DNA of 64,000 nt from an uncultured bacterium (GCA_963745865.1 CAVUYZ010000003.1:131407-195406); one strand, 5' to 3'; shown: positions 41,047 through 53,102, numbered from the stretch's first letter. Numbers and translations are program-made. The notes: generated from the letters alone by a model not told the origin.

Positions 41047-43572
41047 ATGATCCGCACCGCACTCAAGACAGCAGCAGCACACCGGGTCCGTCTGGCGATG
41101 ACTGCATTGGCGATCGTCCTCGGAGTCGCATTCGTCTCCGGCACGTTCGTGTTCACCGACACCATCAGCGCTCGCTTCGAGACGCTGTTCGACGACGTCT
41201 ATGCGGGCGTCGATGCCACCGTCCGCCCAATCCAACCCGAGTTCGGCGCCCAGCAGGGCTCGATCGAGGGATCGCTCTCCGAGTCACTCGTCGACGAGGT
41301 CGCCTCGATCGCCGGTGTGGAGACTGCGGCCGGATCGGCCGCCGGGTTCGCCCAGATCATCGCTCCGAACGGTGACCCGATCGGTGGACAGGGTCCACCG
41401 ACACTCGGATTCACCTGGATCGACGAGCCGGCACTCTCGTCCGTCTCCATCTCCGATGCGAATGGTCGAGCGCCGGCCGGGCCCGGCGAGGTCGTCATCG
41501 ACGTGGGTACCGCCGAGGCGAACAGCCTCGCCGTCGGTGACACCGTGTCCGTGCAGACCGTGACGGGGTTGGAGGACTTCGAGATCGTGGGTCTCGCCAA
41601 TTTCGGCACAGAAGACAATCTGGCAGGCGCAACCCTGTCCATCTTCTCGCTCGAAGAGGGACAGCGCGTGTTCGACCTCGAAGGTCGCGTGTCTGGCATC
41701 GACGTGCTCGCTGCCGACGGTGTCGCCGCTGAGGAGTTGGTCGATCGGATCGCACCGACCGTTCCGTTCGACGCCGAGGTCGTGACGGGGGCACAGCAGA
41801 CCCAGGAGCAACTCGATGCGTTCACCGAGGGACTCGGGTTCATCACCACGGGATTGCTCGCCTTCGCCGCAGTTGCGGTGTTCGTCGGCGCCTTTGTGAT
41901 CCAGAACACCTTCCGGATCGTCGTCGCCCAGCGCATCAGGGAACTGGCGCTGTTCCGGGCGATCGGGGCGACCGGTCGACAGCTGACGTCGATGGTGGCG
42001 ATCGAGGCGTTTGCCGTCGGACTCGTCTCCTCGGCGATCGGCGTCGGCGCGGGAATCGGATTGGCGACCGGCATCAAGGCCGTCATGAATGCCGGCGGGT
42101 TCGGAATCCCCGACGGTCCGTTGACCATCGAGCCCCGGACGATCATCATCGGAATGACCGTCGGCCTCGTCGTGACGATGGTTTCGGCACTGCTGCCGGC
42201 GAGACGGGCCGCAACAGTGCCCCCGGTGGCAGCGATGTCGGAGGTGCAGGCTCCAACGACCCGTCGGTCGCTTCGTGGTCGTGCCATTGGCGGCAGCGCG
42301 ATTGCCGCCGTCGGGATTGCCGCGGCCGGTGGTGGGCTGCTGATCGAGAACGGGGCGTCGTTGCTGTTGGTGGGAATTGGATCGCTCACACTGTTCCTCG
42401 GTGTGTCGGTACTCGCGCCACTGTTCGCAATTCCGATCGCTCGGGCTCTCGGTCGGCCGCTTCCCGGCGTGACCGGGTCGCTCGCACGGGACAACACCAT
42501 CCGTCAGCCACGGAGAACCGCATCGACAGCCGCCGCGCTGATGATCGGCGTTGCGCTGGTCAGCTTCGTCGGGATCTTCGCAGCATCGGTGAAGGCCTCT
42601 GTGTCCGACACCCTCGAAGGGGCGTTCCCGGCAGATCTGGCGTTCGCGTCGACCAACTTCTCGACCGGAGTCAGCCCCGCCTTCGAGGCGAGGCTCGAGG
42701 AGCTCGACGGGTTCGAGACCGTGTCCTCGATCCGCACCAGCTATATCCGGATCGACGGCGAGGAGCTCAATGTGGCCGCATTCGACGCTGACGTCGAGCG
42801 GGTCTACGACATGGGTTCGTCGACCGACCCGGCAGCGGTCGGTGATGGGATGCTCGTGGCGGCAGGGGTCGCCGAGGAGCGCGGCTGGACGACTGGCGAC
42901 GTGGTCGATGTCGAATACGCCGCAACCGGACTGGTACCGACGGAGATCGTCGGCACGTTCGAGGATCAGACGTTTGCCAACTACCTCGTGTCGATGGACA
43001 CGTTCGAGCGGAACGTCAAGGTCGACGATGCGACGATCACGTTTGCGAGGCTCGCCGATGGAATGACGCTGGAGGACGGGCAAGCAGCCGCCGAGACCGT
43101 GCTCGCATCCTTCCCCAACCTCGACATGAACACCCGGTCTGAGCAGATAGCCGAGGCTGAGGCCCAGGTCGACGGCCTGGTGAATCTCTTCTCGGGCCTG
43201 CTGGGGCTGGCGATCGTGATCGCGGTGATCGGGATCGCCAACACGCTCTCGCTCTCGATCTTCGAGCGGACGCGTGAGGTTGGACTCCTCAGAGCCATCG
43301 GCATGAGTCGTCGGCAGGTGCGGACCATGATCCGCTGGGAGGCGATCATCGTGGCTCTCTTCGGGGCGGTGCTCGGTGTGTTGTTGGGAACCGGTCTGGG
43401 CTGGGCGACCATCGCCTCACTGGCCGACGATGGTCTCGGGAGCTTTGCGGTTCCTGTCGGCCAGTTGGCCATCTGGCTGGCGCTTGCCGGAGTGGCCGGT
43501 GTCATCGCCGCTGCCGGGCCTGCCCGCAGGGCTGCACGGATGAACGTGCTGGAGGCGATCGCCTACGAGTGA
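41047..43572 (+). CDS. ABC transporter permease with a double FtsX domain
   Basis: Intact 841 aa with two FtsX-type 4-TM modules (RIRELALFRAIGA.., REVGLLRAIGMSR..). Confidence 0.9.
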   Translation: MIRTALKTAAAHRVRLAMTALAIVLGVAFVSGTFVFTDTISARFETLFDDVYAGVDATVRPIQPEFGAQQGSIEGSLSESLVDEVASIAGVETAAGSAAGFAQIIAPNGDPIGGQGPPTLGFTWIDEPALSSVSISDANGRAPAGPGEVVIDVGTAEANSLAVGDTVSVQTVTGLEDFEIVGLANFGTEDNLAGATLSIFSLEEGQRVFDLEGRVSGIDVLAADGVAAEELVDRIAPTVPFDAEVVTGAQQTQEQLDAFTEGLGFITTGLLAFAAVAVFVGAFVIQNTFRIVVAQRIRELALFRAIGATGRQLTSMVAIEAFAVGLVSSAIGVGAGIGLATGIKAVMNAGGFGIPDGPLTIEPRTIIIGMTVGLVVTMVSALLPARRAATVPPVAAMSEVQAPTTRRSLRGRAIGGSAIAAVGIAAAGGGLLIENGASLLLVGIGSLTLFLGVSVLAPLFAIPIARALGRPLPGVTGSLARDNTIRQPRRTASTAAALMIGVALVSFVGIFAASVKASVSDTLEGAFPADLAFASTNFSTGVSPAFEARLEELDGFETVSSIRTSYIRIDGEELNVAAFDADVERVYDMGSSTDPAAVGDGMLVAAGVAEERGWTTGDVVDVEYAATGLVPTEIVGTFEDQTFANYLVSMDTFERNVKVDDATITFARLADGMTLEDGQAAAETVLASFPNLDMNTRSEQIAEAEAQVDGLVNLFSGLLGLAIVIAVIGIANTLSLSIFERTREVGLLRAIGMSRRQVRTMIRWEAIIVALFGAVLGVLLGTGLGWATIASLADDGLGSFAVPVGQLAIWLALAGVAGVIAAAGPARRAARMNVLEAIAYE

Positions 43573-43592
43573 GCAGGCATCTGAGCGGTTGC

Positions 43593-43621
43593 GAGGGGCC
43601 CGGTTCGACCGGGCCCCCCTC
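43593..43621 (+). terminator. GC-rich hairpin downstream of the ABC permease, a candidate intrinsic terminator
   Basis: The stem is ggggcccgg, the loop ttcga, and the return arm ccgggcccc (9 bp). It starts 21 nt after the stop at 43572. The T-tract is weak (ctctcgtt). Confidence 0.45.
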
Positions 43622-43653
43622 TCGTTCGGGTGACCCGCCCATATGCTGTGAGG

Positions 43654-44157
43654 ATGGCGCGTGTCACGGTGAGCTTCGGCGACTATCAGGAGGGTCGGCT
43701 TCCTCCGATCTGTGTCATCTCCGGCCGGGCGACGTCCGATCAGTTCGTATATCGGACGTCGGTGAGCCCACCGGTCGAAGGGCGCGTAGAGTCCGGCGGC
43801 ATGCTCTGGCGACTGGAGCGGCTGATGCGGACCGTCGACCCCCGGGCCCCACGCAATCTGCTGCGCGGTGTGATTCCGGTCGATTCGGCGGTACGTCGTC
43901 GACTGCAACTGCGGCACCGGCTCTGGACCGCCGCGCTCGTCCTCGGGATCGTCGGTTTGCTCTCGGCGGCATGGGGGGCAGCGGCGTGGTCGCCTCCGCT
44001 GGCAGTCGGATCCACCGCGACGATCCTGTTGGCGGTTGTGCGTCGCAGAGATTGGGAGCGGGCGCTGCCGCATCCCGAGCTCTCCCACGGCGGTTCTCTG
44101 GTGGTCGTCGGGAACGTCCACGAGCGTTTCGCGGCGGCCGTCGGCGACATTATCTGA
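43654..44157 (+). CDS. Hypothetical membrane protein
   Basis: ATG at 43654 preceded by gtgagga. TM segments: LWTAALVLGIVGLLSAAWGAAAW and LAVGSTATILLAVV. Confidence 0.45.
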   Translation: MARVTVSFGDYQEGRLPPICVISGRATSDQFVYRTSVSPPVEGRVESGGMLWRLERLMRTVDPRAPRNLLRGVIPVDSAVRRRLQLRHRLWTAALVLGIVGLLSAAWGAAAWSPPLAVGSTATILLAVVRRRDWERALPHPELSHGGSLVVVGNVHERFAAAVGDII

Positions 44158-44214
44158 CCCGCTTCTATCCGGGGACGGACATATGCTCAGTGCTCCGCTC
44201 ACCGAGGATGCCGT

Positions 44215-45430
44215 GTGGAGACCGCCGTCGTGAACCATCCCTTCGATCCGTGGGACGACTCGATCCGGGCCGATCCCCATTCGTTCTATCACTCGATGCG
44301 CTCTCACTCGCCGGTGTATCGGGGCATCGGCCCGCAGACGGGGAGATCGTTCTGGTTCCTGACCGGATACGACGACGTGGTGGCGTCCCTGCGTGACCCT
44401 CGGTTGGGACGTGAGGTGAAGCGGCTTCCAGAGAACGTTCGGAGCCAGCACACCTTCGAGGGCGAGGAAGCCTTCGAGATGGTGAATCGACACGTGTTGA
44501 ACATGGATCCTCCCGATCACACCCGTCTTCGGCGCCTCGTCTCCAGGACGTTCACCTCCAAACGGGTCCGTGGGCTGGAACCTCGAATCCGTGAGATCAC
44601 CGGCGGGTTCCTCGATTCGATGGCAGACCAGGACGCTCCGGATCTGATCCGGGACCTCGCCGCTCCCGTGCCGATCATCGTGATCGCAGAGCTTCTCGGG
44701 ATCCCCATCGCTGACAGGGACTGGTTTCGCTCCGTCGTGGATCGGAACCTGCGTCCTTCGTCGGACGATGACGCCCTGGCAGCGGGCTTCGAGCTCATGG
44801 CCTACACCAACAACGCGATCGATCAGCGGCGATCCGACCCCGGCGATGATCTGCTGTCCGACCTGATCCATCTGGAGGAGGAGGGTGACCGGCTGGATCA
44901 CTCCGAGTTGTTGTCGATGGTGCAGCTGCTCCTGATCGCCGGGCACGAGACGACCGTCAACTTGATCGGGAACGGGATGCTCGAGCTCATGTCGCACCCC
45001 GATCAACTGGCGTTGTTGGCAGCCGAGCCGGATCTGATCGACTTCTGCTATCGAGGAGATGCTCAGGTTCAACGGTCCGGTCGAAACCCCCTTCCCGAGA
45101 TTCGTATACGAGGACATCGACATCGGAGATGTCACGATTCCGTGCGGAGACATTGTCATCCCGGTGCTGCTCGCGGCGAACCGAGATCCGGTCCACTTCG
45201 CGGACCCCGACCGCTTCGACATCACTCGCGATCCCAACAAGCACGTCGCGTTCGGTTTCGGGATCCACTTTTGCCTCGGAGCTCCGCTGGCGCGGCTGGA
45301 GGCGAAGGTTGCCATCTCGGGGCTTCTCGACCGATTCCCTGACCTCGATCTGGCGGTTGCGAGAGATTCGCTGGCGTGGAACCCGGGCTTCTTTCTGCGG
45401 GGAGTGCGAGCGCTGCCTGTCAGCGTGTGA
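44215..45430 (+). CDS. Cytochrome P450 with one frame break near 45045
   Basis: LLIAGHETTVN is in ORF 44215... FGFGIHFCLGAPLA (heme-binding Cys loop) is in ORF 45059..45430. Confidence 0.85.
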
Positions 45431-46730
45431 GCCATGACGACTCGGTCAGCGTCACCCGTGACTCCGCGGGGATGCCGAACACCGCGGCGACCACCATGAG
45501 CAATGCCAGTGCCACGTACCACGAGGACAGGGCGCGTTTGGAGTTGCTCCACGCGTGGAGAGCTGCCATCACCGACTGCAGCGCGTAGTACGCGGCGAAT
45601 GCTCGGGAGGCGTATGCGATAACCGAGAGGACGTCGGCCGTCCACAAGAGCAGGAGTACGAGTACGACGATCGCTCCATACGTCTGCTTCTTGCTGACCC
45701 GTCCCAGGGAGCCTTCCTCGACGAGGCCTCCCGATCCGATCGTGTCGGCCACCGCCGCGCTGAATTGGCTCATCACTGCTCCGATGACCAGGAGATAGGG
45801 GAGTGAAGCCGCCACCGGCGCCGAGAGATCGATGATCCCGGTCTCGGAGATCCCATCGAAGCGTCCCAGCAATACCGTCGCCAGGCCAACGAACACGATG
45901 TAGATGGCTCCGGACGAGAGCTGTGCCCTTTGCATGGTCAGCACTCTCATCTCCGGGGGATACTCACCGCGCAAGTAGCGGGACGTCTCGAACCCCTGCA
46001 CCACGAGAAAGGCTCCGAGGAGTTGGCGAACAGTCGTGAGATCCAGCGTGGACGACATCGATGGTGTCGACCAGTCTCCGCTGATCGCCTGCGAAACGTT
46101 GTAGACGGCCAGGCCGATCAGAAGGGCGGCGATGACTCCCAGCTTGGTGTCGACCGCTCCCTCTTCGAGCCGCTCGAGGATTCCGAGGCCGCGCCAAATC
46201 CCGAACCCGCCGATGAGGATCACCAGGCCCGAGGCGACGATCTTCTGCGTGGTCGGGTTCTCGACTCCGACGAGGCGCAGGACGAAAGCTCCGAGCAGTT
46301 CGAGATAGAAGGCCACCGCGACGACATAGGCGACCGCCAACACCAGCTTCGAGACCCTCGCCATCCAGATGAGTGCCGATTCGCGACGATCGGAAGGGTC
46401 GTTGGCTTCGACGATGTCTTCGACGTTCGCTATCTGATATCGGATCACACCGCCGATCGCATAGGCGAGGCCGACGATGGCGATCATGGCCACCACCGCC
46501 AGCGTTCCGACAGTGGCTCCGAGCAGCGGGGCGACGATCAAAAAGCCGCTGCCAACGATCGAAGCCAGCGGAGTCACGGTTGCTCGCCACCGGTCGCTCT
46601 TCGAGAACCGGGGCCTCGAGAGCACGATCACCACTGTCACCGCGGCGAGGACCACGACGGCATTGAGCACCCAATCGCCGGCGGTGAGTGAGGTGAGAGA
46701 GACGTCGGCATCGTCGATCACACCTCCCAT
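45420..46730 (-). CDS. Hypothetical polytopic membrane protein (about 436 aa)
   Basis: The start MGGVIDDADV is at 46730, inside ORF 45420..47231, with about 11 hydrophobic segments. I recognised no family. Confidence 0.5.
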   Translation of the reverse strand: MGGVIDDADVSLTSLTAGDWVLNAVVVLAAVTVVIVLSRPRFSKSDRWRATVTPLASIVGSGFLIVAPLLGATVGTLAVVAMIAIVGLAYAIGGVIRYQIANVEDIVEANDPSDRRESALIWMARVSKLVLAVAYVVAVAFYLELLGAFVLRLVGVENPTTQKIVASGLVILIGGFGIWRGLGILERLEEGAVDTKLGVIAALLIGLAVYNVSQAISGDWSTPSMSSTLDLTTVRQLLGAFLVVQGFETSRYLRGEYPPEMRVLTMQRAQLSSGAIYIVFVGLATVLLGRFDGISETGIIDLSAPVAASLPYLLVIGAVMSQFSAAVADTIGSGGLVEEGSLGRVSKKQTYGAIVVLVLLLLWTADVLSVIAYASRAFAAYYALQSVMAALHAWSNSKRALSSWYVALALLMVVAAVFGIPAESRVTLTESSWLTR

Positions 46731-46850
46731 TGTGGTGCTGTCCAGTCCGTCAGATCTCCCATTCTGGCGGGGATCGGATGAATGAAGCGTGAGGGCTGTG
46801 TATGACTCGACACCATCTAGCATGCTCTCGACCAGCGAGAGGTTCCTCCC

Positions 46851-47649
46851 ATGACAACTCCCAAAGCGTTGCGTATCACCGCGCCATTGCTGGCGGCGGC
46901 GTTGCTCATCACCTCGTGTGCCGGCGATGACGAGGCGGTGGTTGACTCCACCAGCACCACATCGGTGGTCGAGCAGACCACCACCACCATGAGTGACATG
47001 ACCGACATGGAGGACATGGGAGGTGATGAGGGTCACGACCACTCCGAGGGGATGGTCACCGAGTGGCAGGGTCCCGCTCCACAACTCGAGATCGTCGTCG
47101 AAGACGGCTCCGACGGCCGCATGATCGCGTTGAATGCCACAGGCTTCGAGTTCGCCGATCCCGACGGCCACGGAGAACGCTCCCGGACTCGGCCATACCC
47201 ACGTCTTCGTGGACGGTCGACTGCTGACCATGTCCTATGAGCGAGCTGTTCCGCTTCCCGATCTCGAGCCAGGCACCCACGAGATCGAGATCACCCTCGC
47301 TGCCGTCGATCACTCCGACTATGTGATTGACGGTGAGATCGTCGGTGTCAGCACCACGATCGACATCGAGGGCGAGGTGGAGCAAGCCGACGCCACCATC
47401 GAGGTCGCGTTCACGGCGGGCGACGTCGTCGTCGCCGACCCGCGCCCCTCGGTGCCGCTCGGCTCGACCGTCGAGCTCGTACTCACCAGCGATGTCGACG
47501 AGGAGCTCCATCTCCACGGGTACGACGTCAGCGTCGATGTGGCGGCCGGTGAGACCCAGCGGGTCCGGTTCGTCGCCGACATCCCCGGGGTCTTCGAGGT
47601 GGAACTCGAGCAGTCGGGTACGCCGGTGCTCGATCTCACGGTGAGCTGA
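46851..47649 (+). CDS. His-rich putative metal-binding lipoprotein (DUF4399-like N-domain plus cupredoxin-like C-domain), with one frame break near 47180
   Basis: Lipobox LLITSC. Motifs GHDHSEGM, GLGHTHVFVDG..PGTHEIEITL and DEELHLHGYD..GVFEVELE. Confidence 0.5.
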
Positions 47650-47739
47650 ACGGGGGCTTCCCGGTCCGTCTGAGGAGCCAAAGGCCCGAGATGAGCTTCA
47701 ACCTGCGGCGACTTCCCGAGTTCGATGGGATGCGCGGGC

Positions 47740-49315
47740 TCAGCCCTCCGGGGATGGCGTTTCGGAGTTTCGGGTGCGGAGGAAGCGGTAGCCGCCCGTC
47801 GACAGCCCGGCTAGCGCCGGCGCCCAGTAGGAGATGAGGCGGAACACCAGGATCGGCCCGATCGCCGACCGGATACCGAAGAAGGCGAGAGCGCCGGCGA
47901 GGCCGGCCTCGGTGAACCCGATTCCGCCGGGCGTGCCCGGCAATCCGCCGACGAGTTGGGACGCTCCGAACACGGCCAGGGTCCGGCTCGGTGAGAGCGC
48001 GATGTCGAATCGCGCGGAGTGTCAGGCCGAGCGCCGCGGCTTCCAGGCCAACCCGCATGGTGAGCAGGAGCACCGTTCGCTTGGTGATCGCCCGATCCTG
48101 AAGCGTCGCCCGTACACGGTCGCGCCATCTGCTCGGGACCAGCCTCGTGAGCCAGTGCAGTTTCGCCGCGCCCGCAACGAAGCCGATACCGAGTGCGAGC
48201 CCGACGGCGCCGGCGACGGCGATCTGTGGTCGGGCCGGCGTCTCGGGGAACCACGCCGATGCCCACAGGAAGCCGCCACCGGTCGCCAGCAACAGCCCGC
48301 CATAGTTGAGGACGGTCGCCCGCAGGGCTGCCCCCGATGCTCCGGGAGCCTCGTCGTGTACTGTCCACGCCATCGCTACCGGGGTGACTGCACCTCCGGC
48401 AGGTATCAGGCGGGCGATCCCGGCACCGACCAGCGCAGCCCTGAAGGCCGATCCCCGCTGAAGTCTGAGGCCAGAGGCGATCACACCCTCCCGGAACAGC
48501 TCGCCGAACATCCACTTCGCCCCGAATTCACTGGCGATGCCCAGTGTCAGCAAAGCGAAGCCCGTCACTCCGAGCGTCGCAGCGTCTGGCTGGCGCAGAA
48601 TCCACCAAGCGGCGAGACCGTAGGCGATGATCATCACGGCGCCGGCAGCGATCACCGACTGATGTGCCCGAGCCGCCGATATCTGGTCGCGGTGCTCGTC
48701 GTCGTCGAACAAGATCCTCGATGGCCCGATCGTGGGGACGGGTCCAGCGTTTCCCTCGTACCGGCGGAGCGACATCATGACCGCCAGCCCGGCGGACAGG
48801 GCCACGGTGGATATTGGCGCGCCGGTGACGATTGCCACGAACGGGAGAAGACCCCAGCCGAAGAATCCTGCGATACCGCCTCCGATTCGCCAACCGATCA
48901 CCGACCACAGCGCCGGCCACCAGACGAGGATTGGATAGATGGCGACGAGCACACCGACCGACGTGGCCAGCCCACGGCCGCCGCGTCGACCGAGCGGTAT
49001 CGGCCAGTTGTTGCCGGCGACCGCCGACAATCCGATGATGGCCAGCATCGATCCCGAGACGCCCACCATCCTGGCCACCAGGATCGGTAGCAGCCCCTTG
49101 AGGCCGTCGAGTACGGCAACGATCAGACCGGCGCGGAGACCGATCTCCCGGGTCGCATTGCCGGCTCCGGGATTCCCGGTTCCCACCGCGGTGAGATCAA
49201 CGTTCCACAAACGCGCCACCACTCGACGGCTGGGTAGACCGCCGACCGCATAGGCGAGTGCCATGGCCAGGGCTCCGACGCCGGCCGACTCAAACACGGG
49301 TGACACTGTTCGCAT
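47740..49315 (-). CDS. PlsY-like acyltransferase domain fused to an LPG_synthase_TM (flippase-like) domain, with one frame break near 47990
   Basis: PlsY motifs: GTGNPGAGNATR, LDGLKG and NNWPIPLGRRGGRGLATSVG. These are followed in the same frame by multi-TM sequence, and the tail GGLPGTPGGIGFTEAGLAGAL is in ORF 47740..47973. Confidence 0.6.
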
Positions 49316-49433
49316 GGTGTCGTCGAATCATGGCATGCATCGGCAATCAATGCCGGTCACTTCCGGTGCTGGTAGGCGAGGTCGTCGGGACGCGCTCGCC
49401 CACGGTCCGAGGTGTGGCCGGGAGCCGTCCGGT

Positions 49434-51768
49434 TCATGAGCTCCGGTCCTTGATGATCCGGGTGAGGTCCATCCGCCTGATTGCAGCCAGTCCGGGACGC
49501 TGAGACAGGTAGGCCACCACCAGCATCGCCAGGGCCGAGAAAATCAACGTCGTCGGTCGCATGTCCAGGGTGAGCCGGAACATGTCGGACTCGAATGAGG
49601 CCAGCGCCGCAGCCGAGACCCAGTAACCGGCGACAAGCCCGATCGGGATCCCGATCAGGGCGACGGCGAGGTTCTCAGCTGTGATCAGCCGTGACACGGT
49701 CGATCGATCGACACCGACCGCCATCAGGGTCCCGACTTCGCGGGTGCGCTCGGCGATGTTGACGCTCATGGCGTTGAAGATCAGAGCAAAGGCCATCGCC
49801 GCTCCAAACGCCAGCATCACACCGACAAATCCGTAGAACAGTCCCATGAAGCCTCGCATCGTCTCGGCCAGCGCCTCGGTGTCCTCGAACGCGGCGACGC
49901 CGGGGACCTCGAGGACTGCGGCTCTGATCTGAGCGGGCTCCACCGATCCGTCGTAGGAGACGAGCGCCGCCGTGGCCGGGATCGAGACCCCGGCGATCCG
50001 TGACGCCTCGCTGAAGCTGAGGTACACGAAGGAGCCGAGCGGTTCGTTCACTGCCCCCGAACCGGCACATCGACGGTACCGGCACCCGAGATCGAGACCC
50101 GGAGCGTGTCCCCGACCTCCGCATCGGCAGTGTCGAGGATTCCCTGGGAGACCAGCGCTCCCTGTGCCGACAGCGAGGTGGCCGACCCGTCGGGAGTGAA
50201 GAACCCGTGCATCTTCGAGTCAGCGGGAAGAACGACGACCGCGGTCGAGAGCGGGGCGTCCTGCGTGTCGACCGAGGCGGGGAGCTGGGCCGATGGCTCG
50301 ACGTCTCCTACCCCGTCGAGGTCCGCGATCGACGAGATCGCAGTGTCATCGACCGGACCGTCGAAGTAGACCCGGGCGTCCTGTTGCTCGATCTGGTCGA
50401 ACTGGCGACCCATCAGCTGCTGGATCGTGTCGAGCATTCCCCATGAGACCAGCACCAGCATCAGCGACAGCACGACGCCGAGAATCGTCGAGATGGTCCG
50501 TCGGGGGTTGCGTTCAATGCCGCGCATCCCCATCCTCCAGCGGATCGGAGTCCGTTTGAGGGCCGGGATGAGGCGCTCGAGGATGCTGACCCCGCCACCG
50601 CCGCTCGGGGCGGTGCCGCGCATCGACTCGGCCGGTACGACCCGAGACGCCGAACGGGCGGGTCCGAACGCGGCGATCAATGATGCGACGATGCCGAGGC
50701 CGAGACCAGCCACCACGGTGAGCGGGTGCGTCTCGATCACGGTGACCGGGACGGAGATGATGTCGGTGTAGAACCCGGTGATCACCCGCGCCAGGATCGA
50801 ACCGGCGATGGCGCCTGGCACGGCTCCGATCAGCCCCGGCACGAGGCCGTATCCGAGATAGTGCCACAACACACGGCGCCTCGAGAAGCCGTTGGCGAGC
50901 ATGATCCCGATCTGGGCGCGTTGTGCGTGGACGAGCCGGGTGATCATCACATAGGCGGCCATCCCCGAAGCAGTCAGGAACAGGATCGGGAAGAAGAGCG
51001 AGAGCTCTTCGAACCCGGTCAGGTCTTCTTCCAGCGCCGAGTTGGAGGGCTGTTCGGCCCGTGTGAACACCTCGACCGCACCGGATGCCTCATCAACCAG
51101 TGTCGACGTCAGCGTCTCGTTCGGCTCACCGTCCCGGTAGTACACGACGGTCTGGTTGGGTTGGTCGGTACCGGCCAGGCTCGCTGCATCGGCCTGAGGA
51201 GCGAACACGACACCGAAGTTGTCAGGCGTCGTCAGGACTTCCTGTCGGCTCTTGGCGGGCCAGATGTATTCGGCGGAAGCGACGACACCAGACACGGGCA
51301 TTCTGGTCCAGCCGTCGGCCCCGAGGAGGGCGATCGTCGATCCCGCCTCGAGTCCGAAATGGTCGGCGAGATGGGACTCAGCGCCACTTCGCCGCTGGCG
51401 GGCAGATCGCCCGAGAGAAGCGTGAGTCGATTGACCTGCGACGAGGCTGGAACCCCGACCACTCGGCCCAACAGCTTGGTGTCGGACACGTCGAGCGGCA
51501 AGTCCACCACCGTGCGCGTCTCCACGGTGTCGACACCCTCCTGGCCCGCCGCGAAGGATGCGAATCCGGCGACATCGCCGCCGGACACGGTCAGGTTTGC
51601 GAGCGGGATGAACTGCCGTGGCGTCGTAGGACGCCGTCAGGTTCTGGAACGAGTCGTAGGAAGCTCCGAACATCGTGATGCCGAGAAAGACCGTCACTGC
51701 GATCGCAAGGAACTGGGTCTTCTGCCGCGAGATGTCCGTCGCAGCTTCTGGGTGAGGGGCTTCACCAC
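49434..51768 (-). CDS. ABC transporter permease (FtsX family, double module), with at least 3 frame breaks
   Basis: FtsX modules: RAQIGIMLANGFS.. in ORF 50048..51697, and TREVGTLMAVGVD.. in ORF 49434..50051. The junction GQ*/AVNEPLGSFVY requires a shift near 50055. Confidence 0.7.
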
Positions 51769-52482
51769 GTCAGCTCTCCTGCATCGACCGGATGCTCGTT
51801 GATCCGGTCGTCGGAGATCTCGCCGGCATGGAGCCGGATGACGCGATCTGCCATGTCGCCGATCACCGCGTTGTGGGTCACGATGAGACGGTTTGCCCCG
51901 TTCGACGTTGAGCCTCCTCAGCAGCGCAAGGATCGTTCGGCCGGTCTCGAAGTCCGTTCACCGGTGGGCCCGTCGCACAAGAGCAGCGGAGGTTGTTTGG
52001 CCAGGGTCCTCGCGATTGCCACCCGCTGTTGCTCCCCGCCAGACAGCTGGGAGGGGAAGTGGTCGAGCCTGTCACCCAGCCCGACCCAACCGAGCGCCTC
52101 GACGGCGCGTTCCGCTCCGTCACTGTTCGTGCCTCGGCGATCAGTTCGACGTTCTCGCCGGCGGTCAGCGTGGGGATGAGATTGAAGAACTGGAACACGA
52201 ACCCGACCGAGGATCGGCGGTATGCGGCCCGCTGGTCCTCATCCAACTGGACGAGGTCGGTGCCGTCGGAGGTGATCGTTCCCGAGGTGGGGGAGTCGAT
52301 TGCGCCGATCAGGTTGAGCAGGGTCGTCTTGCCGGAGCCGCTTGGCCCGAGGATGGCGACTAATTGCCCGGGCCCGTTCTCAGGTCGACGTCGTGAAGCG
52401 CGAGGACCGTGGAGTTCCCCATCTGATAGGTCTTCGACACTCCAACGAGGCTGATGTCGGCTGATGTGGTCGTTGTGGTCAT
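51762..52482 (-). CDS. ABC transporter ATP-binding protein with at least 3 frame breaks
   Basis: RBS ggagga upstream of the ATG at 52482. Motifs [45 protein letters not shown] and VTHN, spread over three frames. Confidence 0.75.
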
Positions 52483-52504
52483 CGGGGTTCCTCCGAGTGG
52501 TTGA

Positions 52505-53074
52505 TCATCGTGTGGATTGCCCGACCGCACGCGACGGCTCGAGGTCGAGCGTCGGGTGGTTGAGTCGGTAGAGAACGAGGGCGTCGGGAGTGGTGATCAG
52601 GACGAGGGCGGCACCGGGGGCGTCGAGGTCGGATCGCACTCGTCCCGCCGCCTGATCTGCCGCAATCATGGCCGCGATCGCGTCGGTGGTCTCGTCGAGC
52701 ACCTGCTGGACCCAGGTCCGGATCGCATCGTCTCGTAGCCCCTGGAGCATCGCTTCGCTCACCGCGATCAAGTGGGTGTCGGTCACATCCAGCGCCTCGA
52801 TTGCATCGAAGAGGGCGTCGACTCCGGCGTGGATGTCACCGGCCTCCATCAGCGCGCTGATCGGGCCCTCGAACTCCTCGGTGAACAGGCCGATCACCGC
52901 CTCTCGAAGGAGTGCCATCTTCGATCCGAAGTAGTAGTGGATCAAGGCGTTGTTGACTCCGGCGCGCTCCGCCACCTTGCGGGTCGTGACCTGACTCCAG
53001 CCGACCTGTCCGATCAGGTGGACCGTGGCGTCGAGGATGGAGCGACGCATGTCCTTTGCCTGTGGTTCAGCCAT
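52505..53074 (-). CDS. TetR-family transcriptional regulator
   Basis: RRSILDATVHLIGQVGWSQVTTRKVAERAGVNNALIHYYFGSK. Confidence 0.85.
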   Translation of the reverse strand: MAEPQAKDMRRSILDATVHLIGQVGWSQVTTRKVAERAGVNNALIHYYFGSKMALLREAVIGLFTEEFEGPISALMEAGDIHAGVDALFDAIEALDVTDTHLIAVSEAMLQGLRDDAIRTWVQQVLDETTDAIAAMIAADQAAGRVRSDLDAPGAALVLITTPDALVLYRLNHPTLDLEPSRAVGQSTR

Positions 53075-53102
53075 GGTGCGGTGCCGTGCTCGATCGATTG
53101 TT

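Noticed and set aside
43595-43617. 'ggttcgacc' resembling a tRNA T-arm
   Set aside because: It is the loop of a simple 9-bp GC hairpin. There is no acceptor, D or anticodon arm around it, so it fits a terminator better.
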